Shown in pieces: positions 37,565 to 49,321 of a stretch of DNA of 64,000 bases; the stretch's first letter is position 1; each line of letters opens with the position of its first letter. The notes under the pieces are model-generated. The model was not told where the DNA came from and made no database searches. It saw only the letters and a program-made list of their open reading frames with translations. A program made the translations under genes and the position numbers. The stretch is from Cenococcum geophilum. Its lineage: Eukaryota. The stretch is taken from positions 18,786,001-18,850,000 of the forward strand of contig CP158635.1 of assembly GCA_050273025.1 (NCBI GenBank). Direction: 5' to 3'.

Positions 37565-40430
37565 GTTATAAGCCCGGGCCGTTTACTATATTATCTTTAA
37601 TTCTAAAGCCTTTATTCCTATTAATTCCAATTATTATCTTAATTATAGACAACTACCTACAATAACCTCTTAATAAGAAACCCCTCCCGTTATTATATTA
37701 TCCGTTATTCTTATAAGCCCAAATAATTGGGACAAATGGATTAAGGTTATTAAGTTAAAAGCGAATAACAATTATCTCTAGAAGTATGTTAACCTATTAA
37801 CACCTAAGACCGATCTACTACAGCTTAAAGAACCTATTTGTACTTTACCTAAGGATGCTAATAGCCGGGGGAAGATAAAGCTCGCGGACCTAGATAAGGA
37901 GGAGAAGGAGGAGCTTTATATGCTTAAAGCCGACTATAGGGACAATATAAAGCTATACAGAAAATAGCTGTTAGCTCTTAATACGTTACGCAGCTATATC
38001 CTAAGCTCTATTTTACATATCTACCTTATCTACACGTTTAAATATACCACCACCTATAACGTCTTGGTATCTCTTAAGAAGAGAATTACTCCGACTAACT
38101 ACGCCCGAAAGCTTTAAATAGCCACTTAATATATAAGGCTTAAGAAGGCGCCTCGGAACTAGAACTTTAAGGTCTAGTTATAAGAGTAGGAGAAGGTGTA
38201 CACTAAGTGCAAGGAGTAAGCTTTACTTAAGGTAGATGGTAATCGTTTAGTAAAAGACTTTATGTATATAGTTAAATTAATTACACTAAGCTAGTTAGAA
38301 TATTGGAAGAACGAGCTTAATAAGCGTAAGTAGGAGAAGAAGACGCTTCCTACCTTCTTTAAACTGGTCGAAATATACTAAAACCACCGTTGTATAGACC
38401 TCGCCTAGAAGGGCAAAACCCTACAAGGAGGATTATTTGGAGTTACCTTTAAGGACAAGTCACTAAATTCAAAGCCTAAATTAAAGCCTTAATCGTCAGT
38501 AGATAAGTAGAAGAAGGAAAGGCGACTACTACTAGAGTGCCTATACGGAAAACGTTACTACTTTAACAAGTACTAGTACATTATAGAGTCGATTCCTCGC
38601 CTATTGTGGTTTAAACTAAGTAACAAAATTTAGAAAAAGGTGGATAAGAAGATTGCTAATACAACGCCTAAAATTAAGGCTTGTATTAAGTAAATTAAAA
38701 AGGATAATTAAGCTAATAAGAAGGACGATTAAGCCAATAAAAAGCCAAAGGATGGCAGTAATTAGAGCTTATAAGGGCCTACCGAAGTCTTCGCGGTTTA
38801 TTAAAGAGGAACCTATAATCTAGCTTCTGACTACAAGCTTCACAATAGTATTTTTCTTAACTTAGGAACGAATATATACATCTTTAACAATAGAGCTAGA
38901 TTTATTAGCGATATTAAGCCTACCTCAGACTACCTCTATACTGGATTATATATAAAAGAGATCGTAGGATATAAAATAGCAGTAGTTATAATTAACCACC
39001 CTAAGGGTAAGAGGTAGATACTACTTATAAGAGCAGCCTTAGTACTAAGCTTAATAATAAGGACGTCTACTAGAATAACAAAGAGAACACTCTATTCTAT
39101 AATGATAATAAAATATACGCCCGCTATAAATACCACTTTAGTTAAATTATAATTAAATATAATAAGCTAAAGAGAGACTTACCAGAGGCCTTATTTACGA
39201 CTTAATTAAAGCCAATAAAGTACTTATTAAAGCCTCTGCTAAATTACACAGAAGGCTATATATAGCACTAGCGATTAGGCCATACTAAAAAAGACGTAAT
39301 TAAGTAACTACTTTAGTTAGTAACGGGCGCGATTCTAAAGGGCCCGATAACGGTAGAATGCGAATTATATGGAGTAAGTAAAGCTTATAAGGTGATATTT
39401 AGAAAACCTCTAACTCGGTCGCTAGTTCCTTTCTATAAAATTTACCTTAATTTAATACCCGGAATAGTTGTATTTAATAGCAATAAGTACGCGGTATACT
39501 TCCTTAATAACGCAACGCGAATAAATAAGGTAGAGACGATGGCTAAGAAGTCGTCCCTTACCTAAATTATTATTAAATATTGTAATGTTATTAAACAACA
39601 ATATAGCTTTAAGGTAGCCATTATCTATATAGATAAAGAGACGTCTCTTATAGGCGAATTTAAGGAATAGGTAGCTAAATAAGAAATTAGTATTAAAAGA
39701 TTAGCACCTAATACTTAATTATAGAACAGTCCAGCGGAATAATCTAGGGGGGTAATTATATAGAAGGCTCAGTGTATAAGAATTATAGCTTATTTACTAG
39801 AGAAGCTATATTCTAAAGTTTATAAAGCAGCTACCTATCTACTTAATTAAACGCCTAGTAGAAGACTTGGGTAGTAGATACTTTTTAAAAAAATCTAATT
39901 AGCTATAGGTATATTACCACTAAAACTAAATATAGGCTATCTATAAGTCTACGGCTATAGGGCCTACCCTCTTAAATATAATATTCCACGCCTAAATAAG
40001 CTCGCGCTAAGGGCCTATATAGGATATCTAGTAGGGTATAATTTAATAAATATAATTTAAATCTATATTCCTAGTTAGAAAAAGGTTATTAGAATAAGAA
40101 ACGTAAAGTTTAATAAGCGGTTGCTCTATAATAACTTATAGCCAGATCTAGTAAATATACTCTAAGTTAGAACTAACTAAATATTAGAAATTATTAATGT
40201 TTATTAAATATAGGATCTCCAAGACGAATTAGAATTATTGTTTAATAAAAGTAATAAGACTTAAGACAAGATTTAAGTTAATATTAAAGGGAGATAATAG
40301 GTAGAATCTAGTAGAATCTAGGAAGAACCTAATATTAAGAGTAGTAAGTAATAAGATTTAAGCTCTAAAGACGACTTAGCTCTAGGGCTTCCTACCTTCT
40401 AATATATACTAAGTTTAGGTTAAACCTAAG
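37565..40430 (+). mobile_element. Ty1/Copia retrotransposon internal region (gag-PR-INT), RIP-inactivated, interrupted by a Helitron
   Basis: De-RIPped motifs: gag (D)W(D)EWI, Zn knuckle CLCG..H....C ~38540, protease FL(DS)GT ~38853, integrase (QN)G.AE(R)SGG ~39720, VYG(C)RAY, GYLVGY; INT precedes RT (Copia order). Confidence 0.85.
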
Positions 40431-41814
40431 GTTCCAATTGGTTAAAAATTGGTTCGGGTTACATGATAAGGGGACGTGCTACTTTACGTGCTACCCTATT
40501 AAATTTGCAACCTTATAACCTCTTTCTACCCCTTACTGCTTGAATATCTTCTATATATTACTACCCTACCTATTATACTCTCTACCTACTACCTAAATGC
40601 CTTCCAATTATATATTTTGTAACGCCTATAAACAGGATCGCCCTTCCGCTAACTTTATACTAACCCGCTAAAGAGCTCCGTATAAGACCTATAAATCTTA
40701 TAGAGTTAATTCTTTTTCTCTTTTTTTACTTACTGCCTTTCTAACTCTATATATAGGAGAAAAGAAAGGGACGGTCCCGACGACGACCTTTAGTAGACCC
40801 TCCGCAGCCTATAAACCAAACTACAGCTACTACTGTAGCCGCTACTGCCTCCGCTACTACTTCCGCCGCTGCTTCTCCCTCTACTTCTCGCCTCCTTATA
40901 CCGCCCGTATCGATCTAGCCGCGACTGCCTATATTAATCTAGCCGCGACCTACTACGGTCCGCCCTATCGCGGAGCAGCCAGATTGTAGTCCTATTACTA
41001 CAGTCCGCTATATTACGGAGTAGCTAAATATTAGTCCTATAGATATTACCTACAACTTCTGCGCGGCCCTATATTAGGTTAATAAACGTGTTAGTATATT
41101 ACCGCCTAGCAATCCACGCTTTAAAGCCTGCTATAAATACGGCGGTATAAACCTCCCTCTATTTTAGCCTCCACCAAAATATCTACGCAATCTTTTAGAG
41201 TCCTGTAGTACTTCTACTAGGCAGTTTAGGGAGCGGCTCCGCGCATATAATATAGCATTGGCTTTTACGTCCGTAAACTATACTGTTACCAATTGTGGTG
41301 TAGCCTATGGCGGCCTAAATTGCTCCCAGATATATGGTGAGCTTTACTATCTATAGGGCCCGCTAGAGCCTCCTACTAATACTACTCTACGGTATACCTA
41401 GCTATACTTTTACAACCCTAGTTATACTATAGATGTTTGGCTACGGGCCCGTCCTAATACCTAGCTAGATGTAACTGTTCTATAGTGTCTTACTGCTATA
41501 CTATCTGAGGAACGGAACCCTTTTATCGCCTTTTATTAAACCGCAAGGGAACGGCTTTAGGCTTAGCCTATAACGGCCCCGTTACGGATTATTTTAAACC
41601 TATAAATGCGGCTTATCTTAGAGGCTAGTGCTAATCGGCGCCGTAAGAACCTCCTAACGAGTAATAAGGTGGCCGTTATTATACTAGACGAGTATAGTAA
41701 TGCCAGCTTCCGTGATATCGTGCTTGTAGAGCGTTATGCGCCTAATAAGCAGCCGCGGTACTGCCGTATTAACCCAACATATGCCGCATATATGCCGCTC
41801 CACTACGTACTACT
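40430..41814 (+). mobile_element. Helitron, 5' portion (N-terminal RepHel)
   Basis: C..C.A(LH), (CC)K.G, RQFRERLRAYN.ALAFTS, QLYFY(D)P, ...YMPLHYVLL broken by the LINE; left boundary approximate. Confidence 0.8.
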
Positions 41815-44800
41815 AAAAAACACCAATCTTTGCGAAAAATAAATTTTTGAAATAACTCTACAACTATAACCCCTAGCGTTTTAATTTAAGCTGCATTCTT
41901 CTTGTAAGCCCTCTGGCTATTATCTAATATCTAGAGATGGCCGAAAAGAAGGGTTGGTGGCCTGAAGTAGGACGCGTTAACCTAAACTATAACGCGCACG
42001 GTTAAAATATCATGGTTAAAATTGCTAAGATCCTCAAATTTAGCACTCCGCCGCACAAAAAAGCAGATAGGAAGGCCCTCCCGTATAGGGTATATAAGCC
42101 CTTTTTTAATTTGGTGTTAAAGTATATTAAAACAGCTCTTAAACAGCCTACTGGAAAGAAACTGGAAGAGACCCTTACGCGTCTTAAACGCTAAACAGAA
42201 GCTATTAAGAATACGGTTGAACATATTAAATACAACTAAGAGATAGCTACCCCCCCTGCCGCATAAAACAGAAGCCTATAGTTAGCCGTTTAAAGCTAGG
42301 CGAACGTCGCTGCAGCTGCACCACCGCCCCCGTCCGTATAGTTACGTCTCTCTATAAGCGTTACCCCAACTCTAGCCGCATCGGAGTATAGATATATAGT
42401 TATTAAATTTAGCGAAAAGGCTAATGCGGAGGTCCTTTAAAGCCTTAAAGAGCCGCATAAAGTTATCTAGGAGAAGCTAAATAACGTGCTATTTAAATTA
42501 GGTAACGCTCTAGTAAACAAGGCACGGATTACCGCGTTAAAGATCCTTAGATCCGGAGACGTTCTTATATTTGCTGAGACGCTAGCGTAGGTAGATGACC
42601 TGCGTAGACATGGAGACGAGTGGGAAAAGATACTGGGAAGGAGCTCTTGAGTAATAAAACCTATATACGGAGTAGTAGTATATGGCGTACCAATACGGTC
42701 CGTTATCGATATAGACAAGAAGGCTGTAATTAGAAAGTTTAAGCTAGAGAACTATAGGGCATTTGGCAACTATAGGATCGTTAAGTAGAGGTAGTTAAAG
42801 CCTCTAAAGGAGAAATAGAGAGATGCATCTTTGGTGCTAGAATTTGAGACCGTACTAGGCGCGAACGCCGTAATCTATACGGAGGTCCTCTACTGGGATA
42901 GCACCTATAAGAGAACTAAAAAATATAATCGCGCCTGCTAGGTAAGGCAATATTCTAAATGCTACTAATACGGATATATAGGAACCTAATGTCGCGAAAT
43001 AGAGACATGCGGATAATGTGCCGCTTAAGATTATAATATAAAAGACTACAAGGCCGAATAGGCTAGGTGCTGTTTTTGCTAAGGTAAGTATACCGCCTAG
43101 TCGCCAGCCTGCTCCATCTATAGGAAGGAGACGGTATATATGGAGGAAGTAAAAGCCAGACTCCGCGTAAACCTATACTGGCCTAAGAACCTAGTATATA
43201 TATTACTAGGGCCATTAAAGATAGGGAGTTAAAGTTTAAGCTAACAGAGCTTTCTACCCCTACTACTATAGACAACTAAAAGTACGGTAAATACTATGAA
43301 CAAAACAGACGGGATAGGAACGGAAACAACGGATAGAAGTAATAAAAGAAGGGCCGTATAAAGCCCAATAGGGAGCCTAAACGGGAAACCTAGCTAGGAT
43401 AAAGAGATGGACAATAATAACCTAGAACGGGATATATCACTAATATGGATAAAAAGAAGTGACCGTAATATTGCTAAAGTAAAACCTAGTATAAAGAGTA
43501 GGAAGAATAAACTAAAAGATAATGCTATAATAAGCCGCAGCAAGAGCAGAAAAAAGGAGAAAGAGAAGGAAAGGGAGATGATTAAGATCGTTATAGACGA
43601 ATAAGCGGAAATTGAAGACGAGGGCTCTAACCTTAGTAGTAGCTTATAGTACTCTATACGGAGTTTAGGGAAAGTACCTACACTACCACAGATAGATATA
43701 TCTGGCCGTTTGTAATGACGGAGGACCCGGATATCCGCACTATTAAGGTTCTATAATATAATATAGGAAAGAGCTATATAAGAATATAGGAGCTCCTATA
43801 AGATAAGTAGACTTAGTAGTATAACGTAATCGCCATCTAGGAGGTGTGGCGTAGTGAGAGACTAGAAAGGGACCTCCCTACAACCACAAATCCAATTAGC
43901 GACAGGTTCTACCTGTATTACCCGCCTCACTAGGGAATATAGGTGTATCTTTTTATTAACAGAAGTATTCCAATTAGATACCTCCGCATTATAGATTACA
44001 GTAGTAACCTTGTAGCAGTGTTGATTATAAGCTAAGGGGAAGAATAATAGCATATAATTATAGTATTTAACATCTATAACCTAAACCCCCTCCTACCGTA
44101 TAATCGGTTGGACGGCCTCCCGAGAGGCTGTATGCTCCTAAAGCTAAATAACGCCTTAAGAAGAATGAACGGACTAGACTACAGCACCGTAGTTATAGGA
44201 GACTTTAATCTCTACTACCTTAGATAGGGAGGACCCAAAGCTAGGTATAACTATAGGGTAGCGGCGGAATACCTTATTAAAGTAACAGAAAATAATGGGC
44301 TTAAACTAGGCTTTGAGCTAGGGCTTATTATAAGACCAGCTAAGGGAGTAGGTATTAACCCCTTAATAATTAACCTTAGCTTTATTATCTTAGATATAGC
44401 AGACTACTTAATCTAAATAGGAATTAATAAGGAGCTTGATAAAGGCTTTAACTACCTCCTAGTAAAAACAGTATTCGGATACCGGCTTAAACGAGAAGAG
44501 GAGCTAACTAGGCGACTCTTTAAGAAGATAAATAAAGAAATCTTCTATAATGTACTCTAAGATCTCCCGGAAGTGCCCCTAGTTTTATTATAAAACCAAA
44601 TTAATGTAATAATTATTAGAGTTATAGACACCCTTACTAAAGCCGTGGAACTCTCTACACTAGTAGCTAAGCTTAGCCCGCGATCTAAACTAGGATGGAC
44701 GGATAAATATATATAAGCAATTAAGGCGGAACAACGCGTATATAGGCACTTTAATAGACACCTAATTAAAGAAAACTATATTATACTACAAATAGCAAGG

Positions 44801-45145
44801 CGAAAGAAGGATAAAGCTATTAGGAAAGCAACTAAAATAGAGTATAGAAATAAAGTAAACGAGGTTAAAGATATAAAGGGACTCTGGTCTTTATATACTT
44901 GGGCCTAAAAACGGAACACTATAAGAACTATATTTACGCTAGATATTAGAGACGTAATAGGTACCCTATAACGTACTATAGAAGGAAAGATAACGGCCCT
45001 TAAGGCCTCCTTCTTTTTAATACCACCGCCTGCGGATCTAAAAGACCTATACGACTACCAATATCCGAACCCCCTGTGGGTCCCAGATATCAAAACTTGG
45101 GAGGTAAAAAAAGCTATTAAGATGACTAGCCCTAATAAAGCACTA
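41815..45145 (+). mobile_element. Tad1-like LINE, 5' half (ORF1 with Zn knuckles, endonuclease, start of RT)
   Basis: VVYGVP, CCHC knuckles 42945-43115, endonuclease VL(Q)YN ~43748, IAI(Q)E, VIGDFNL(HH)P.WGG ~44190; ends at ..SPNKA(P) at the TIR insertion; preceded by TSD ACTACGTACTACT (41802-41814). Confidence 0.88.
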
Positions 45146-45384
45146 CATCAGGAAATTTTTTTTTGGGCACGTTGTTGCAAGCGAAAATCGGGGTCTGCAA
45201 AACCTGCGTAAGTCGCAATTTTGGCAATTTGCGGCAATTTACAGCAATTTACTATAAATACGCAAGTAGCCTGTGCAAATTGCTGTAAATACGCAAGTAG
45301 CCTATGCAAGTTACTGTAAATTGCTAAAATTGCTAAAATCGCGACTTAAGCAGACCCTAATTTTTGGCTGTAATAAAAATACTA

Positions 45385-46080
45385 TAAAGCTCTGCATAAA
45401 GCTCTATTAAGGCTCTGCACGAAGCTCTGCATAAAGCTCTATATAAAGCTTTATATAAAGCTCTATACGAAGCTCTATACGAAGCTCTATATAAAGCTCT
45501 ATATAAAGCTCTATATAAAGCTCTATACGAAGCTTTATACGAAGCTCTATACGAAGCTCTATATAAAGCTCTATACGAAGCTCTATATAAAGCTCTATAC
45601 AAAGCTCTACACGAAGCTCTATACGAAGCTCTATACGAAGCTCTATATAAAGCTCTATATAAAGCTTTATATAAGGCTCTATATAAGGCTCTACACAAGG
45701 CTCTATATAAAGGTCTGCGTATAGAGGCTTTGTATAAGACTCTATATAAAGCTCTATATAAAGCTCTGCACGAAGCTCTATATAAAGCTCTATATAAAGC
45801 TTTATATAAAGCTCTATATAAAGCCCTATACGAAGCTCTATATAAAGCTTTGCGCGAGGCTTTATATAAGGCTTTATATAAAGCTCTACGTATAGAGGCT
45901 TTATGCGAGGCTCTGTACGAAGCTCTATATAAAGCTCTATACGAAGCTTTGCATAAGGCTCTATATAAGGCTTTATATAAAGCTCTATATAGGGCTTTAT
46001 ACGAAGCTCTATGTATAGAGGCTCTGCATAAGGCTTTGCGCGAAGCTTTACGTATAAAGGCTCTACACAAAGCTCTGTAT
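45385..46080. repeat. 12-bp tandem array (AAGCTCTATATA / AAGCTCTGCACG variants)
   Basis: Over 50 directly visible units; variants differ mostly by C/T and G/A transitions. Confidence 0.95.
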
Positions 46081-46494
46081 TAGGTCCCCGCTATATTCCT
46101 AATAACCTCTATATATGTCTCTGCTAAGATACCCCTTATATACACCTAGGTAGCCACCTTATTTTCTACCCTTCCTTATATCCTTCCTACCTAGGGAGAT
46201 ACCAGAATAATAGCTAGTAAATAACCGTCGCTAAAACCAGACGACTACCGTTTAAATGACTATCTAGCGAACGCTACGAACGATTTAATTAACTAATCGA
46301 TTGAATTAAACCAGAGCTTTAATATTGGCCCGTCGCCAAATCGAATTAAGGCCTCCTAGGTAGGTACCCTAGACGACTACCGTTTAAATATACAGCCAGC
46401 GAACGGCCGTAGAGAATGATTCGAATTAATATAATTAATCGATTAATCGAATTAGGCGGAGCCTTTAATTGGGCCGACCTTTCCCCCAAATTAC

Positions 46495-46755
46495 AAATAG
46501 GTAGGTATAGATAGTAGTATAGATAGGAGGTACAGACGGTAGGTATAGATAGGTAGGTATAGATAGGTAGTATAGATAGGTAGGTATAGACAGGTAGGTA
46601 TAGATAGTAGGTATAAATAGGTAGGCACAGATAGTAGGTATAAGTAGGTAGGTATAGGTAGGTACAGACAGATAGACAGATAGGTAGGTAGGTAGATAGG
46701 TAGATAGGTAGACAGATAGATAGATAGATAGGTAGGTAGGTAGGTAGGTAGGCAC
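46495..46755. repeat. Degenerate GTAG/ATAG/ACAG microsatellite
   Basis: ggtaggtatagataggtagg... tract; inverted counterpart at ~57770-58050. Confidence 0.9.
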
Positions 46756-47193
46756 TAGGCCTAGTTAGGAAATCGGTATATAGCTAGCAGATCGTTAGGA
46801 ATACCGCCAATTAATAATTTAGAGCCTTTGTAAAGAGTATCCCCCTTATCTTAATTACTTAATAAATAGCTCTATATTTTATATAGTTATATAGAAATAT
46901 AAAATATGCAAAATATAAAATATATAAAATATGTAAAATATATAAAATATATAAAATATATAAAATATACAAAACGTGTAAAATATATAGGCTCTACGCG
47001 TTTGCTGCGAGTTGCTATAAAATACATAGGCTCTATATAGTTTGCTGCAAGTTGCTGCAAAATACGCAGGCTCTGTGTAGTTTGCCGTAAAATGCGTAAA
47101 CCGCATAAGACTATATACAACTGCCGCGACCGTACAGTTTGCCGTAAATTGCCGCAAACTGCAATAATGAGCCCGAAAAAAAAATTCCTAATG

Positions 47194-49321
47194 GGACTAA
47201 AACTAGGCTATACTAGGTGGGATAGTAATACTGCTGGCTAGGGCTATATTATAAGATAAGGCTTATATCTAAGCTGCAAACCGCTAATTTATCTTACCCT
47301 AGCGGACACGTATATTTAACCGTAGGGATAGTATATAGAAGGTAGGCTAAAGGAATAACCACTGCAGGCAGGCACCTATAATGGCTGCATAGTTCCCCCA
47401 TAGGACGACAGGTAGTATTTAAGTAAAGTTACTACCTAAGATAGTAGGGAGTCCGCTAAAGGTAGAGTCGTTAAAACGGACGTCCGTAAGTATATAGTAC
47501 ACGGCTTTAAAGCAGTAGCGGTGCTATATTAGCACCTTATCCTAGATAAGCAGAGAGGTATAGTATAAAAGCTTAGCAAGATTTGACCTTTTAAAGACGT
47601 TATAAGTAGACTCTTTATATAGATTGATAGGTATCCAAAAACAGGAGTAGGTAGTACAGCTGCTAGGTAGTAGGAGGGCCGTAATGCCAAAAGAAGCTAC
47701 GCAAAGAACGATTTTACTGCGTAAGCGGTAGTAGTGGCAAAGGCAGCGATAGAGAAACGTTTTACTAGTACTTATAGGGCCCTAGAGAAAGAAGCGGGCC
47801 GTTTATAGATCCGCATCTATAGCGGCAATAATAGTATTAAAGCAGGCTGCCTAATCCGTATTTAGCTGCTAGCGTAACTTAGTAAACTGGCGTTCTTCCT
47901 CTATATAGTCGTATTGCTATAGCTCCGCTATAAAAAGCAGGTTACTTCCCTCTATAATAACGCCCTACTAGTGCTAAAACTGGGGTAGGCTATAGTCCGT
48001 AAGTGTTTTTTACTAATCCGCAAGTATCTAATAGATAAGGTATAGGCCGTAATTAAAATAGGCGTTATCGTCCTTAATAACTATAGGGGGAGTATTAGGT
48101 TGGCGGGCTAGAAAGTAAGGCAGATTATTATAAATAGACTGTTTAAAGCGGTCCCATAAAGCAACTAGCTCTATAATAGGGCCGTAAAGTAAAGTAGTTA
48201 TAAATAAGGAGCGTAGCTAGGCGCTAACGGTAAAAACAGCGGCCTCTATTAAGTAATTAATCCACTTATAGTTATTCCCTAGTAGCCCTAAGGCTACGTA
48301 GGCGGCCTAGAAGGTTAAATAAACTATACTAGTAACAGTACGGAGGTCCTTAAAGGAGGTAGGGCCGGAAACGGACGTTAGTAGCAGCCGTAAGTAGAAC
48401 CTCTTACCTATAATAGGGATGTAGTAATATATATAGCCTATCGCGGTGCCTTACTGGCGAGGACGCTACTCCCGCTGCTTTGCATAAAAGATATACCACT
48501 TAGGGAAGTCTTAATATAGGTAGTTACGGCTACTATTATGCTCCGCGTTATACTTAAAGAAGGCCGTTAACATAAAGTAGGAGAGCTTAAGGCGCTGCTA
48601 AATCTTCTCTACGGACTAGTCCGGCTAAAAGTATACGGGCTACTTGCCTAAAAGGTATACCGTAAGCTAGATTATAGGGGGGAACTCCTTATAAACGGGA
48701 AACTTAAATAGCCGCTAGATAGCCTTAGAGGGGCTAATATAACGGCCCTATAAATACTAGCTTACTTCGTCACCGTCTATAAGCCGTAAAGTAGTACGGT
48801 CGCTCCCCTTATATATATACTTATAGATATACTTAACAAACCGCACAGAGGCGTAGACTTTAACATTTATATAGGCATAATACTTTATAGTTAGATACGG
48901 GTAGTATAGAATAATCTAGCGGTTATCTATTTTAAATATAGCTCTCCCTAGTAAGCGGACAGACTACAACTATAGATTATTATAACGGCGGTATTCTAAA
49001 TAGCCGTCCTTATATATAACAATAGTAGGGTTAAAAGGCTTAGGGTACCGCTTTAAGTAGGTTAGCGGAAGGCCTAGCCCTAGCGCAACTATATAAGGAG
49101 CTCGCGGATTTTAGGAGCCGTAAGGGCCGTAAACTATTATTAACTTTATAATCTTAGTAAGACAGCTAGTAGAATCGTCCTCTGGCTATAGAAGCTCCGT
49201 AAATATAAAACGGTTAATAATAGCTAGGTTTAACAGCCTATCGTAATTATATAAATGTAGGAAGAGCAGTAGATATAGATAGGGCAGGCCCCGTTTTTGG
49301 TACTTAATGGTTTAGACGGAG
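47194..49321 (-). mobile_element. Helitron Rep (HUH) to PIF1 helicase segment, now inverted
   Basis: Minus strand, de-RIPped: TI(E)YQKRGLP(H)L(H)LLLF ~49260-49310; FFL(Q)GP(AGTGKT)FL, LCVAS(S)GI(A)ALLLP, (DE)V(PMQ)HR.CF, LG(GD)F(AQ)ILPV. Confidence 0.88.

Larger units (their letters stand above)
45146..47193 (+). mobile_element. Non-autonomous TIR DNA element copy 1 (~2.05 kb)
   Basis: TIRs CATCAGGAAATTTTTTTT.GGGC.CGTTGTTGCA at both ends; interior has a hairpin, a 12-bp array, a GTAG/ATAG microsatellite and 9-bp repeats; no transposase. Confidence 0.85.

Noticed and set aside
45385..46080. CRISPR-like or telomeric array
   Set aside because: Head-to-tail units without unique spacers, a eukaryotic context and no TTAGGG repeats
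45357..46083. 237-aa and 117-aa ORFs of YRAL/YKAL repeats (also 58473-58676)
   Set aside because: They are translations of the 12-bp tandem array inside a non-autonomous element; an ancestral (AELR)n reading is possible but unsupported
46465..47157. ORFs rich in PTYL/YIF (also 57713-58057)
   Set aside because: Microsatellite and 9-bp repeat translations
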